DNA from: an uncultured Chloroflexia bacterium
GTDB lineage: Bacteria; Chloroflexota; Limnocylindria; Limnocylindrales; CSP1-4
Assembly: GCA_963734535.1 (NCBI GenBank)
Contig: CAVTHS010000003.1
Location: 1-64,000, forward strand
Length of the DNA: 64,000 nt
Direction: 5' to 3'
Positions 10,416 through 19,920 of this stretch are shown here, in pieces (within the stretch, counting starts at the first letter, position 1; each line of letters opens with the position of its first letter). The position numbers were made by a program, and so were the translations under genes. A model generated the notes under the pieces. It did no database searches. It was not told where the DNA came from and saw only the letters and a program-made list of their open reading frames with translations.

Positions 10416-11951
10416 ATGGGGACCGTGGCAGGCGCTTCCGCGCATGAGCCCGTGACCGCGCGCCCGTCAGCTCCCGCCAACGCCGGCCAGGTAGAGACGG
10501 ACGATCGTCCGCACCTGGTCGGGCGGTGGCGATGGCCACCGGTGATGCCCGGAGGGATCCGGACCCGCATCCTGGCCTGGTACGTGGTCCTGCTCATGCT
10601 GTCGATCGCGATCACCGTCGTCGGGCTGCGCCAGATCCTGACGACGCAGCTTGCCGCCGACATCGACAAGGCACTCGCGCAGGAAGTGGAGGAGGTGCGC
10701 CGGCTCGCTGGAGGCGTGGATCCGGGCACCGGCCAGCCGTTCGGGGGCAATGCGGCTGCAATCTTCGACACCTTCTTCCTGCGGAGCGTGCCGGGCGAGT
10801 ACGAGGCCCTGTACGCCATCGTCGACGGTCAGCCGTACAAGCGGACCGTGGCGCCGATCTCGCTCTTCGACGACCCGGCGGTGCTCGCCACCTGGCAGGG
10901 GGCGACCGCACCCGTCTGGGGACGGACCGAAACCGGCGCCGGACCGGTGCGCTGGCTCGCGGTCCCCCTCGGTTCCGGCGAGCGCCAGGCCGGCGTGTTC
11001 GCGGCGGCGTTCTACGAGGCGGTGAGGCGGGGCCAGATCGACCAGGCGGTGCAGGTGATGCTGGCCGTGTCGGCGGGCGTCACCCTGCTCGCCTCCGTCC
11101 TTGCGTGGGGAGCCGCCGGCCGCGCGATCGCACCGCTTCGGGCCCTGATCGCGACCGCCCGCGGAATTGGGGGACGCGATCTCGACGCGCGCATCGCCGT
11201 GGTCGGGACGGACGAGATCGCCGAGCTGACCGCAACGTTGAACTCCATGCTCGAGCGACTGGAGACGGCGTTCGGGTCACAGCGAGAGTTCCTCAGCGAC
11301 GTCGGCCATGAGCTGCGCACGCCGCTGACGATCATCCGGGGCCACATGGAGCTGCTCGACGACGACCCGGTCGAACGCCGGCAGACGGTCCAGCTCGTCC
11401 TTGACGAGCTGGACCGAATGAGCCGCTACGTCTCCGAGCTGTTGCTCATCGCGCGTGCGGAGCAGCCGGACTTCCTGCGTCGCGAGCCACTCGAGCTGGC
11501 CGAGTTCGTCGAGTCGCTGGCGGCGCGTCTTCGGCCGCTCGGCGAGCGAACCTGGACGGTTGTTCCGGTTCGGCCGGCGGTCATCTTCGCCGACGCCGAC
11601 CGGCTTGCCCAGGCCGTCGTCAACCTTGCCTCCAATGCCGTCCGCTACACCACGACCGGGTCCGTGATCGAGCTCGGTGCCTCGGTCGAGGGCGCGTACG
11701 CCCGCCTGTGGGTTCGCGACGAAGGAACGGGGATCGCGCCCGAGGAGCAACAGCGCATCTTCCGTCGCTTCGCACGGGGACGCGACATGCTGACGAGCGT
11801 GAGCGAAGGAACGGGGCTGGGGCTCGCCATCGTCGATGCCATCGCCGTCGCCCACGGCGGTCGGACCGAGCTCGACAGCATCCCGGGACGGGGGTCAACG
11901 TTCAGCCTGGTGATCCCGCTCGACCCACCGCCGGAGGCACACGCCACATGA
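10416..11951 (+). CDS. HAMP-domain sensor histidine kinase
   Basis: Two TM helices, HAMP, H-box DVGHELRTPL, N-box NAVRY, DEGTGI, GTGLGL; start uncertain. Confidence 0.93.
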   Translation: MGTVAGASAHEPVTARPSAPANAGQVETDDRPHLVGRWRWPPVMPGGIRTRILAWYVVLLMLSIAITVVGLRQILTTQLAADIDKALAQEVEEVRRLAGGVDPGTGQPFGGNAAAIFDTFFLRSVPGEYEALYAIVDGQPYKRTVAPISLFDDPAVLATWQGATAPVWGRTETGAGPVRWLAVPLGSGERQAGVFAAAFYEAVRRGQIDQAVQVMLAVSAGVTLLASVLAWGAAGRAIAPLRALIATARGIGGRDLDARIAVVGTDEIAELTATLNSMLERLETAFGSQREFLSDVGHELRTPLTIIRGHMELLDDDPVERRQTVQLVLDELDRMSRYVSELLLIARAEQPDFLRREPLELAEFVESLAARLRPLGERTWTVVPVRPAVIFADADRLAQAVVNLASNAVRYTTTGSVIELGASVEGAYARLWVRDEGTGIAPEEQQRIFRRFARGRDMLTSVSEGTGLGLAIVDAIAVAHGGRTELDSIPGRGSTFSLVIPLDPPPEAHAT

Positions 11952-12619
11952 CCCGCATCCTGATTGCCGAGGACGAGGTGCGAATCGTCGCGTTCCTCGA
12001 GAAGGGTCTCCGGGCCAACGGGTTCGCGACGACGTCCGTGTCCGACGGGATCGAGGCCGCCGAGGTCGCACGCGACGCCGATTTCGACCTGCTCATCCTG
12101 GATCTCGGGCTGCCCGGGCTCGATGGCCGCGAAGTCCTGCGTCGCGTCCGCGCCCGCGGCGATCGGCTGCCGATCATCATCCTGACCGCGCGCGACGGGG
12201 TCGACGACACCGTGGCGGGGTTCGAGGGCGGCGCCGACGACTACATGACGAAACCGTTCCGGTTCGAGGAGCTGGTGGCGAGAATCCGCGCACGACTCCA
12301 CGACGACGTGGCGGGCGAGGCGACGCTGCTGCGGGCAGGCGGCGTGTCGCTCGACCTGCGAACCCGCCGCGCGAAGGTCGGCGGGCGTTGGGTCGAGCTG
12401 ACGGCCCGCGAGTTCGCCCTTGCCGAGATCTTCCTGCGCCATCCGGACCAGGTCCTCAGCCGGGAGCAGCTCCTCAGCCACGTCTGGGGCTATGACTTCG
12501 AGCCGGAGTCGAACGTCGTGGAGGTCTACATCCGCTACCTCAGGCGCAAGCTCGGCGTCAAGTCGATCGAGACGGTCCGAGGGATGGGCTACCGCTTCCG
12601 GGCACCCGACGAATCCTGA
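11948..12619 (+). CDS. OmpR/PhoB-family response regulator
   Basis: ILIAEDE, LDLGLP, KPF, wHTH ending IETVRGMGY; ATGA overlap with the kinase. Confidence 0.95.
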   Translation: MTRILIAEDEVRIVAFLEKGLRANGFATTSVSDGIEAAEVARDADFDLLILDLGLPGLDGREVLRRVRARGDRLPIIILTARDGVDDTVAGFEGGADDYMTKPFRFEELVARIRARLHDDVAGEATLLRAGGVSLDLRTRRAKVGGRWVELTAREFALAEIFLRHPDQVLSREQLLSHVWGYDFEPESNVVEVYIRYLRRKLGVKSIETVRGMGYRFRAPDES

Positions 12620-12625
12620 CGGCGT

Positions 12626-12669
12626 TCTTCTCTCCCTCTCATCCCCGCCTCATCTCCGCGTGCTGAGAT
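12626..12669 (+). promoter_or_regulatory. OmpR-type direct-repeat boxes and putative -10
   Basis: TCTTCT 12626, TCTCAT 12637, CCTCAT 12648; TGAGAT 38 nt after the first box and 6 nt before ATG. Confidence 0.6.
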
Positions 12670-12675
12670 GGCCAC

Positions 12676-13905
12676 ATGGCCATCCGCGACGAACTGCTGC
12701 CTGCCCTGACCTCGCTCCTCGGCGTGGGCGCCCGGGACGTCGTCGGTGCCGCGGTGCGCGCCGCGGGCGGCGAGCTCGCGACCCTCCAGCGCCGGGAGGT
12801 CCTCTACCGACCGGGTCGCCGGGCCTCCGTGCGCTACGCGGCGACCGTCCGCTGGGCGGGCGGGTCCGCGGTCACGGAGACGCTCGTGGCGATCGTCGAC
12901 GTCGACGGACCGCCCGCCGGGACGCTCGTCGTGAGCGCCGGCAACCTGGCCGTCGGGATCCTTCGATACCCTGCGGACTCGTTGTTGCCCGGTCTTCGCG
13001 TGGCGGTCTCCGTCCCTGCGGTGGCGGCCCGATTCGGCGTCCCGAGCGAGGCTGTGACGCTCGATCTCCGGTCCTATCGGCCGGGGCGCCGCGCCGTCGT
13101 CCGTGTCCGCGTGGGAGTGCGTGGCCCGGGCGCGGCGGCACTCGAGCGGTACCTCAAGATCGTGCCTCCCGACGAGCTGGTGCCGCTTCTCGGCCGGCTC
13201 GCTGCGCTGAACAGACACGTCCCCGTGCCCGAGGTGGTCGCGACGTGGCCGGAGGACGGTATCGTCGTCCTCGCCGCGCTTGCTGGACGGACGGTGCGCG
13301 AGGTGCTGCTCGGCGGTGACCGGGCGGCCGTCGATCGGCTCCCGGACGGTGCGGTGCTCATCGATCTCCTCGATCATCTGCCGCCACCCTGCGTCGGGCC
13401 GGCCGTCCGCGTGTCGCATGGTCCGCTGGGTCGCGCCGCCGGCCACGCCGGGCTGCTCGCGGCCGTCATGCCGGGCGAGCACGAGCGCCTCCAGGCGCTG
13501 GTCGGACGGCTCGCCGGCCCCGTCGGCACCGGCCCAGTCGTGACGACCCACGGCGATCTGCACGAGGCACAACTGCTCGTGGAGGGGAGCCGGGTGGTCG
13601 GCATGCTCGACGTCGACGGTGCCGGCCCCGGTCGGCGCGTGCACGACCTGGCTACGTTGCTCGGGCATCTCGTGGCCCTCGGCGACGCCGTCCCGTGCCG
13701 TCGGGTCGCGATAGAGCGATGGCGCGGTCGTCTCCAGCCCGCATTCGATCGCACCGTCGATCCGGCAGAGCTCCGGCGCACCACGGCGGCGGCGCTCGTC
13801 GGGCTTGCGACGGGCCCATTCCGAGTCCAGGCGCCCGCCTGGCGACGCCAGGTCCGCCAGCGAATTGCGTTGGCCGAGACGTGGGCGACGCTGGCCGGGA
13901 CGTAG
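12676..13905 (+). CDS. aminoglycoside-phosphotransferase (APH)-family kinase
   Basis: YLKIV lysine, HGDLHEAQLLV, MLDVD, DLATLLGHL. Confidence 0.85.
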   Translation: MAIRDELLPALTSLLGVGARDVVGAAVRAAGGELATLQRREVLYRPGRRASVRYAATVRWAGGSAVTETLVAIVDVDGPPAGTLVVSAGNLAVGILRYPADSLLPGLRVAVSVPAVAARFGVPSEAVTLDLRSYRPGRRAVVRVRVGVRGPGAAALERYLKIVPPDELVPLLGRLAALNRHVPVPEVVATWPEDGIVVLAALAGRTVREVLLGGDRAAVDRLPDGAVLIDLLDHLPPPCVGPAVRVSHGPLGRAAGHAGLLAAVMPGEHERLQALVGRLAGPVGTGPVVTTHGDLHEAQLLVEGSRVVGMLDVDGAGPGRRVHDLATLLGHLVALGDAVPCRRVAIERWRGRLQPAFDRTVDPAELRRTTAAALVGLATGPFRVQAPAWRRQVRQRIALAETWATLAGT

Positions 13906-13986
13906 AGCGCCTCGCGGGCAGGTCTCCATGACACCAGGCCCTCGATCCGGGCATCAGGGCACGCAGATCCTGGGGGAGCGACCACG

Positions 13987-14442
13987 ATGAAGTCTCCAGA
14001 CTGGCGGATTGCCGCGTCGCTGGGCCTCGTCCTTGGCCTGACGATCAGCTGGGCCTCGGTGGTCTCACGGTCGGGCGCGGACCTCTCAGTGCAGGCCATC
14101 GAGCTCCAGGGGGCCCCCATCGAGGAGTCCCCAGACCCCCTGCTCCGTGTCGTCGACGGGCCCGCGACGCCGATGCCCACCGGCGGCGTGCCTCCTTCCC
14201 CGACTCCATCCCTCGAGCCCGCGCCGCGCCGCACGCCCGCGGTGGTTGCGCCGATCGTGCTGTCCGAGCGGCCGAGGGCAACCCCGAAGCAGGTCCCCAC
14301 CGACGAAGCCGACGACCCGGCAGACACGCCCGATCCGGATGACCCGGACGATACGCCCGATCCGGATGACCCGGACGACACGCCCGATCCAGAAGACACG
14401 CCCGATCCGGATGACCCGGACGATGCCCCCGATCCTGACTGA
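13987..14442 (+). CDS. exported protein with Asp/Pro/Thr repeat tail
   Basis: Signal/TM N-terminus, RBS GGGGAG, C-terminal DTPDPDDPD repeats (27-nt unit). Confidence 0.75.
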   Translation: MKSPDWRIAASLGLVLGLTISWASVVSRSGADLSVQAIELQGAPIEESPDPLLRVVDGPATPMPTGGVPPSPTPSLEPAPRRTPAVVAPIVLSERPRATPKQVPTDEADDPADTPDPDDPDDTPDPDDPDDTPDPEDTPDPDDPDDAPDPD

Positions 14443-14486
14443 CAGGACGGGGCCGGCTGCCCGGGGCCGCCGGCGCCTGAGAGGGT

Positions 14487-14530
14487 TCTCACGGTCGCCT
14501 CACCGCGTCGTCATGGGCCGCCGCGACGAT
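14487..14530 (+). promoter_or_regulatory. OmpR-type direct-repeat boxes and putative -10
   Basis: TCTCAC 14487, CCTCAC 14498, CGTCAT 14509; GACGAT 38 nt after the first box. Confidence 0.6.
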
Positions 14531-14587
14531 GGTGCCAATCCGGTGAGGCCACCGGTGACAGAGCCACCGAACACGAAGGAGATCACG

Positions 14588-15016
14588 ATGAAGAAACCGA
14601 ACTGGCGAGTCGCCGGAGCAGCCGGCCTCGCAGCCGGCCTGACCATCGGCGGGTTCTCGCTCGTCTCCGCATCCGATGTTGGGCGCGCCGTCCAGGCAGT
14701 CGAGGCCCGGGAGAGCCAGGCCGCACCGGCGGCCGACGCCATGGTCCTGACCCTGGCCACGACGCCCGCAACGCACACCTTTGACCCGGCGCCGACCACG
14801 AAGCCCACGGCCGCGCCGTCGCCGAAGGTGTCGCCGGAGCACACAGCGAGCCCGAAGGCCAGCCCGCAGGCAAGCTCGAAGGCCACCACGACAGCCGCGG
14901 TGAGCCACGCGGACAGCGTCGACAGCGCGGCGAGCGCAGCCAGTGTCGACAGCGTGAACAGCGTGAACAGCGTGAACAGCGTGAACAGCGTCGCGAGCGT
15001 TGATTCCGCCGACTAG
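14588..15016 (+). CDS. exported protein with (D/N/A)-S-(V/A) repeat tail, paralog of 13987-14442
   Basis: RBS AAGGAG, MKKPNWRVAG... signal, 11 consecutive x-Ser-x triplets at the C-terminus. Confidence 0.8.
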   Translation: MKKPNWRVAGAAGLAAGLTIGGFSLVSASDVGRAVQAVEARESQAAPAADAMVLTLATTPATHTFDPAPTTKPTAAPSPKVSPEHTASPKASPQASSKATTTAAVSHADSVDSAASAASVDSVNSVNSVNSVNSVASVDSAD

Positions 15017-15039
15017 ACGGGCCCGTTCACCAGTCTCGC

Positions 15040-15078
15040 GGCATCGCCCCCCGGACCTACGTCCGGGGGCGATGCCTT
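15040..15078 (+). terminator. intrinsic terminator-like hairpin
   Basis: GGCATCGCCCCCCGGAC-ctac-GTCCGGGGGCGATGCC followed by TT. Confidence 0.65.
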
Positions 15079-15423
15079 GCGTGGCATCCCCGGCATGACC
15101 CCGGAGCTCAGCCGTGCAGCCCGATGACCGAACGTCATGGCGGCGCGGACTGGACCGCCCGCGGCCACGTTGCTCGCTGCAACGGTAGATCCGGAAGTCC
15201 GAAATACGGTGCCTTCGGCACTGTCAAGGCCGGCAGTCGTCCCGGATCGTGCCACTTGTCGGTTTCTCCGCGTCCCGCTCGGAGACCCGATCCCCACGTC
15301 CACTGGAGCGGGTCGATTCGACAGGTAGCGCACACTTCCAGGCAGCGGATCGCAGCGGCGGTCCAGCCAGGAGCTCGCCGAGCGCGAGTCTCCCCGTACG
15401 ATCGAGGACGAGGAACTGAACCC

Positions 15424-17168
15424 ATGAGCATGGACAAGATCCTGCGCATCGACATGGGCGCCGAGGGCGGCCCGAAGGCCACGACGCAGCCGCTCGGCGA
15501 CTATGCCGGGTTGGGCGGCCGCGCCATGACGTCGCTCGTCGTGAGCGCCGAGGTCGATCCGCTGTGCCATCCGCTGAGCGCGGCCAACAAGCTCGTCTTC
15601 GCGCCGGGCATGCTCACCGGCTCGGCCGCCTCCACGAGCGGACGCATCTCGGTCGGCTGCAAGAGCCCGCTGACGGGCGGCATCAAGGAAGCCAACGCCG
15701 GCGGCCAGGCGGGCCAGGCGATCGCACGGCTCGGCTACGCGGCGATCGTCGTCGAGGGCCAGCCCGCGGGCGACGACCTCTGGACCGATCCTCATCGACA
15801 CGAAGGGCGATCACCTTCAAGGTCGACAACGACCTCCGCGGCCTCGGCACCTACGACAGCGTCGAGAAGCTCCGCGCCGAGTACGGCGAGAAGGTCACCT
15901 TCATGCTCATCGGCCAGGCCGGCGAGATGATGCTGCCGGCCGCCTCGATCGCGGCCTGCGACCGCGAGCTGCACCCGACCCGCCACATGGGCCGCGGCGG
16001 CGTCGGCGCCGTGATGGGCTCCAAGAAGATCAAGGCGTTCATCCTCGACGAGACCGGGACCAGGACCCGCCAGCCGGCCGACGAGGCGCGCTTCAAGGCC
16101 GCGGCGACGACCTTCAACGAGGGGCTCCGGCGCCACGGCGTGACGGGCACGGGCCTGCCGTCCTTCGGGACCAACGTCCTGACCAACATCCTCAACGAGG
16201 CCGGCGGCTACCCGACCCGCAACTTCAGCACGGGCCAGTTCGAGGACGCCACGAAGATCAGCGGCGAGACCCAGGCCGCGCTGATGACCGAGCGAGGCGG
16301 CGAGCCCACCCACGGCTGCCACCGCGGCTGCATCATCCAGTGCTCCGGCATCTACAACGACGCGACCGGCAAGTACCAGAGCAAGCAGGCCGAGTACGAG
16401 ACGGTCTGGTCGTTCGGCGGCAACCTCGGCATCAGCGACCTCGACACCATCCAGGCGCTGGACCGCCTGTGCGACGACGCGGGCATCGACACGATCGACG
16501 CGGGCGTTGCCGTCGGCGTCGCGATGGAGGGCGGGCTGCTGCCCTTCGGCGACGGCCCGGGCGCCATCCGCCTGCTCACCGAGGTCGGCAAGGGCACCCC
16601 GCTCGGCCGGATCATCGGCTCGGGTGCCGGCACCACCGGCAAGGCCTTCGGCGTCGAGCGCGTGCCGGTGGTCAAGAACCAGGCCCTCCCGGCCTACGAC
16701 CCGCGCGCGGTCCAGGGCATGGGCGTCACCTACGCCACGACCCCGATGGGCGCCGACCACACGGCCGGCTACGCCGTCACGGCGAACATCCTCAAGGTCG
16801 GCGGCTTCGTCGATCCGCTCAAGCCCGAGGGCCAGGTCGAGCTCTCGCGAAACCTCCAGATCGCGACCGCCGCGATCGACTCGACGGGCATGTGCCTCTT
16901 CGTCGCCTTCCCGGTCCTCGACCAGCCGGAGACGTTCAGCGCCATGGTCGAGATCATCAACGGCTTCTACGACATCAACCTGACGGCCGACGACGTGACC
17001 GCGCTCGGCAGGAAGGTCCTCGACGCCGAGCTCGACTTCAACGCCCGGGCCGGCTTCACGGCGCTCGACGATCGCCTGCCGCGCTTCTTCGAGGAGCAGC
17101 CGCTCGCGCCGCACAACGTCACCTTCCAGGTGACGGACGCGGAGCTGGACGCGGTGTTCAGCTCGTAG
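15424..17168 (+). CDS. aor: tungsten-type aldehyde:ferredoxin oxidoreductase (two small indels near 15785-15810)
   Basis: KSPLTGGIKEANAGG, GRGGVGAVMGSKKIKA, CHRGCIIQC, EYET, DDAGIDTI, GADHT, DSTGMCLF. Confidence 0.92.
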
Positions 17169-17175
17169 CCTCCGC

Positions 17176-17216
17176 AGCGGCGGGTGGCGGCATCTGACGA
17201 GCCGCCGCCCGCCGCT
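17176..17216. terminator. bidirectional hairpin between convergent genes
   Basis: AGCGGCGGGTGGCGGC...GCCGCCGCCCGCCGCT. Confidence 0.5.
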
Positions 17217-17295
17217 ACCCTCCGCCGTTCACATGGGCATGCTGACGGGGAGGCGCCGACCCGCCGGGACGCGCTCGACGCCGCGCGCCAGTCGG

Positions 17296-17508
17296 TCAGT
17301 CGTCGGTTGCGAGGATGACCTCGGTCGACTTGATGATCGCGACCACGCGCTTGCCTGGCGCCAGGCCCAGGCGGCGGGCAGATTCGGCGGTGATTGCGGC
17401 CACGAGCTCGTGCCCTCCGTCGACCTCGACGACGACCTCGGACATGACCGCACCTTCGGTCACCGCCCGGACGGTCGCCGGGAGCTGGTTGCGTGCGCTC
17501 AGCTTCAT
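17296..17508 (-). CDS. Mop/molbindin TOBE-domain molybdate/tungstate-binding protein
   Basis: MKLSARNQL...AAITAESARRLGL...IIKST. Confidence 0.92.
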   Translation of the reverse strand: MKLSARNQLPATVRAVTEGAVMSEVVVEVDGGHELVAAITAESARRLGLAPGKRVVAIIKSTEVILATDD

Positions 17509-17684
17509 AGGGGTCACCTCTCGAAATTGGGAACGATGCGTCAGCAGACAGTCGATCCCGCGGCCCGAATAGGGCTCTGGTCGCCAGCGGGCGGATCGCT
17601 CGCATGGGCGGCGATCATGTCATATCGCCGACGGCCCTCCCTGTTCGATCCGATTCGCGAGACTGACGCCTGGCAGGTGACGGC

Positions 17685-18725
17685 TCAGGTGCCGACGTAC
17701 CGAGCGTAGAGCGAGCGGGCGACGGCGAGGTCGGTGGTCCCCTTGATGATCGCCCGCCCGTCGGCGAAGACGGTCATCTCGTGGCCGTCCACCCGACACC
17801 GGACCAGGTAGTCGTTGATCGTGACCGGCCCCGTCATCTCCAGCTTCCGGCCGAGGTCCCCGAGGTCGAGCGCCCGGGCCAGCCCGGGGCTCACCTGGAT
17901 CGCGTCGCGGCCGCAGAGCGACGCCGTCCTGCTGGTGGCGACCGTGTCCAGGTGCTCGAAACGACGATGCCCGCAGCAGGGGCAGTCGGGGTCGCGCAGC
18001 CGGCCTTCGGCCTGGAGTTGCTCGTTCGTCCAGACGTCCACCGCGGTCAGCCCGCGGCTGCGGTTCTCGCTGTCGCCGACCAGGAGCTTGAGGACCTCGG
18101 CACACTGGATCGCGGCCACCGTGACGATCCCGGCGGCGAGCACCCCAGCCGTCTCGCAGGTCTCCATCGACCCGACGGGCGGCGTCGCGGGGAAGAGGCA
18201 TCGGAAGCAGGCGGTCTCGCCGGGCACGATCGTCATCGACATGCCCGTCGACCCGACCGCGCCGCCGTATACCCAGGGGACGCCACGCTTCACGCAGGCG
18301 TCGTTGACCAGGTAGCGGGTCTCGAAGTTGTCGGTCCCGTCGAGGACGACGTCCACCGCCGCCACGAGCTCCTCGACGTTGACCGGGGTCACGTCGGCCA
18401 CCAAAGGCCGGACCTCGACCTCGGAGTTGATGCGGGCAATCGCTCGGGCCGCGGCGATCGCCTTCGGCAGCCCGGCAGCGGCGTCCGCCTCGTCGAACAG
18501 CAGCTGGCGCTGGAGATTGCTCAGCTCGACGACATCACGATCCACGATGGTGATCCGGCCGACGCCCGCGCGGGCAAGGAGGTTCACGCCCGCGGAGCCA
18601 AGCCCTCCGCAGCCGACCACGAGCACGTGCCCGGCTTGCAGCCGCTGCTGCCCGACCGGGCCGATCCCCCAGAACCTCGACTGGCGGGAGTACCGGTCCT
18701 CTCCCTCGGGCTCGCTGATTGCCAC
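17685..18725 (-). CDS. moeB: ThiF/MoeB-family adenylyltransferase
   Basis: RYSRQ, VVGCGGLG, DRDVVELSNLQRQ, DGTDN, CFRC, CPCC. Confidence 0.9.
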   Translation of the reverse strand: MAISEPEGEDRYSRQSRFWGIGPVGQQRLQAGHVLVVGCGGLGSAGVNLLARAGVGRITIVDRDVVELSNLQRQLLFDEADAAAGLPKAIAAARAIARINSEVEVRPLVADVTPVNVEELVAAVDVVLDGTDNFETRYLVNDACVKRGVPWVYGGAVGSTGMSMTIVPGETACFRCLFPATPPVGSMETCETAGVLAAGIVTVAAIQCAEVLKLLVGDSENRSRGLTAVDVWTNEQLQAEGRLRDPDCPCCGHRRFEHLDTVATSRTASLCGRDAIQVSPGLARALDLGDLGRKLEMTGPVTINDYLVRCRVDGHEMTVFADGRAIIKGTTDLAVARSLYARYVGT

Positions 18726-18901
18726 GTCGTCTTCCCCTGCAGGTCCGGGTCGCACGCGGCGCCGCGACGGGGGCATTCTACCCGCGGGGTGGCTCGAACT
18801 GCCCCGGGCGAGCCACATATCGAGGTATCATGACTTCCCGCTCCACTCACATCTATGCATCGCGCGACGGGTGGCCACGCATCGGCCGCAGGAGAGAGAC
18901 C

Positions 18902-19852
18902 ATGGCTCGAGGCAGGACGATCCCGAACCCCGGGCGACAGGCCCGAATGGCAGGCCTCCTGGCCGTGGCGCTGGTCGCGGCCGCGGCATGCAGCTCGGGT
19001 TCGTCGCCGAGCCCGCAGGCGAGCTCGCCGGCAGCCAGCGCCGCGCCGGCATCCGCGGCGGCCTCGCCGGCACCCAGCATCGCCGGGTCGAGGGACGTGA
19101 TCCTCGCCACGACCACCTCCACCCAGGACTCGGGGCTGCTGGACGTCCTCGTGCCGGCGTTCGAGCAGGCGACGGGCTACGTCGTCAAGACGGTGGCGGT
19201 CGGCACGGGCCAGGCGCTCAAGATGGGCCAGGACGGCAACGCGGATGTGCTCCTCGTCCACGCGCCGGCCAGCGAGAAGACCTTCATGGATGCGGGCTGG
19301 GGCGTCGACCGTCGGCTCGTCATGCACAACTATTTCCAGGTCGTCGGGCCGAAAAGCGATCCCGCCGGAATCGGCGGCATGAGCTCGGCGGCGGATGCGT
19401 TCAAGAAGATCGCCGCGGCCGGCGCGACGTTCGTTTCGCGGGGTGACGGCTCCGGGACGGAGACGAAGGAGCTGGCCATCTGGAAGACCGCCGGCATCAC
19501 CCCCAAGGGCAACGCCTGGTACCTTCAGTCCGGGCAGGGCATGGGGCCGACACTCCAGATCGCCTCGGAGAAGGGCGGCTACACCCTCACCGACAACGCG
19601 ACGTTCCTCGCGAACAGCGCGAAGCTCAGCCTCGAGGTTCTCATCCAGGGCGACCCGGTGCTTCTCAACATCTATCACGTCATCAGGGTGAACCCCGCGA
19701 AGTGGCCGAAGGTCAACAGCGCGGGAGCGACCGCCTTCGCCGACTACGTCACCTCGGCCGCCGGGCAGAAGCTCATCGGCGGCTTCGGCGCCCAGTACGG
19801 CGGGTCGCTCTTCGTGACAGACGCGGGGAAGGCCGAGAGCGACGTCAAGTAG
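18902..19852 (+). CDS. tupA: tungstate ABC transporter substrate-binding lipoprotein
   Basis: Lipobox AAAC, TupA signature ATTTSTQDSGLL, SRGDGSGT. Confidence 0.9.
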   Translation: MARGRTIPNPGRQARMAGLLAVALVAAAACSSGSSPSPQASSPAASAAPASAAASPAPSIAGSRDVILATTTSTQDSGLLDVLVPAFEQATGYVVKTVAVGTGQALKMGQDGNADVLLVHAPASEKTFMDAGWGVDRRLVMHNYFQVVGPKSDPAGIGGMSSAADAFKKIAAAGATFVSRGDGSGTETKELAIWKTAGITPKGNAWYLQSGQGMGPTLQIASEKGGYTLTDNATFLANSAKLSLEVLIQGDPVLLNIYHVIRVNPAKWPKVNSAGATAFADYVTSAAGQKLIGGFGAQYGGSLFVTDAGKAESDVK

Positions 19853-19920
19853 GCTTCGCCATCGGGTGCTCGGGCCCCCGAGTCGATAGCGACGCCCGAA
19901 CCGGGTAGGCTTCCCCATCG

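Noticed and set aside
12676-13905. Aminoglycoside resistance gene
   Set aside because: Only the fold motifs are shared; the long N-terminal extension, HGDLHEAQ variant and context do not support a resistance call.
18810-18860. ModE/TunR operator upstream of tupA
   Set aside because: An AT-richer patch is present, but there is no convincing palindrome.
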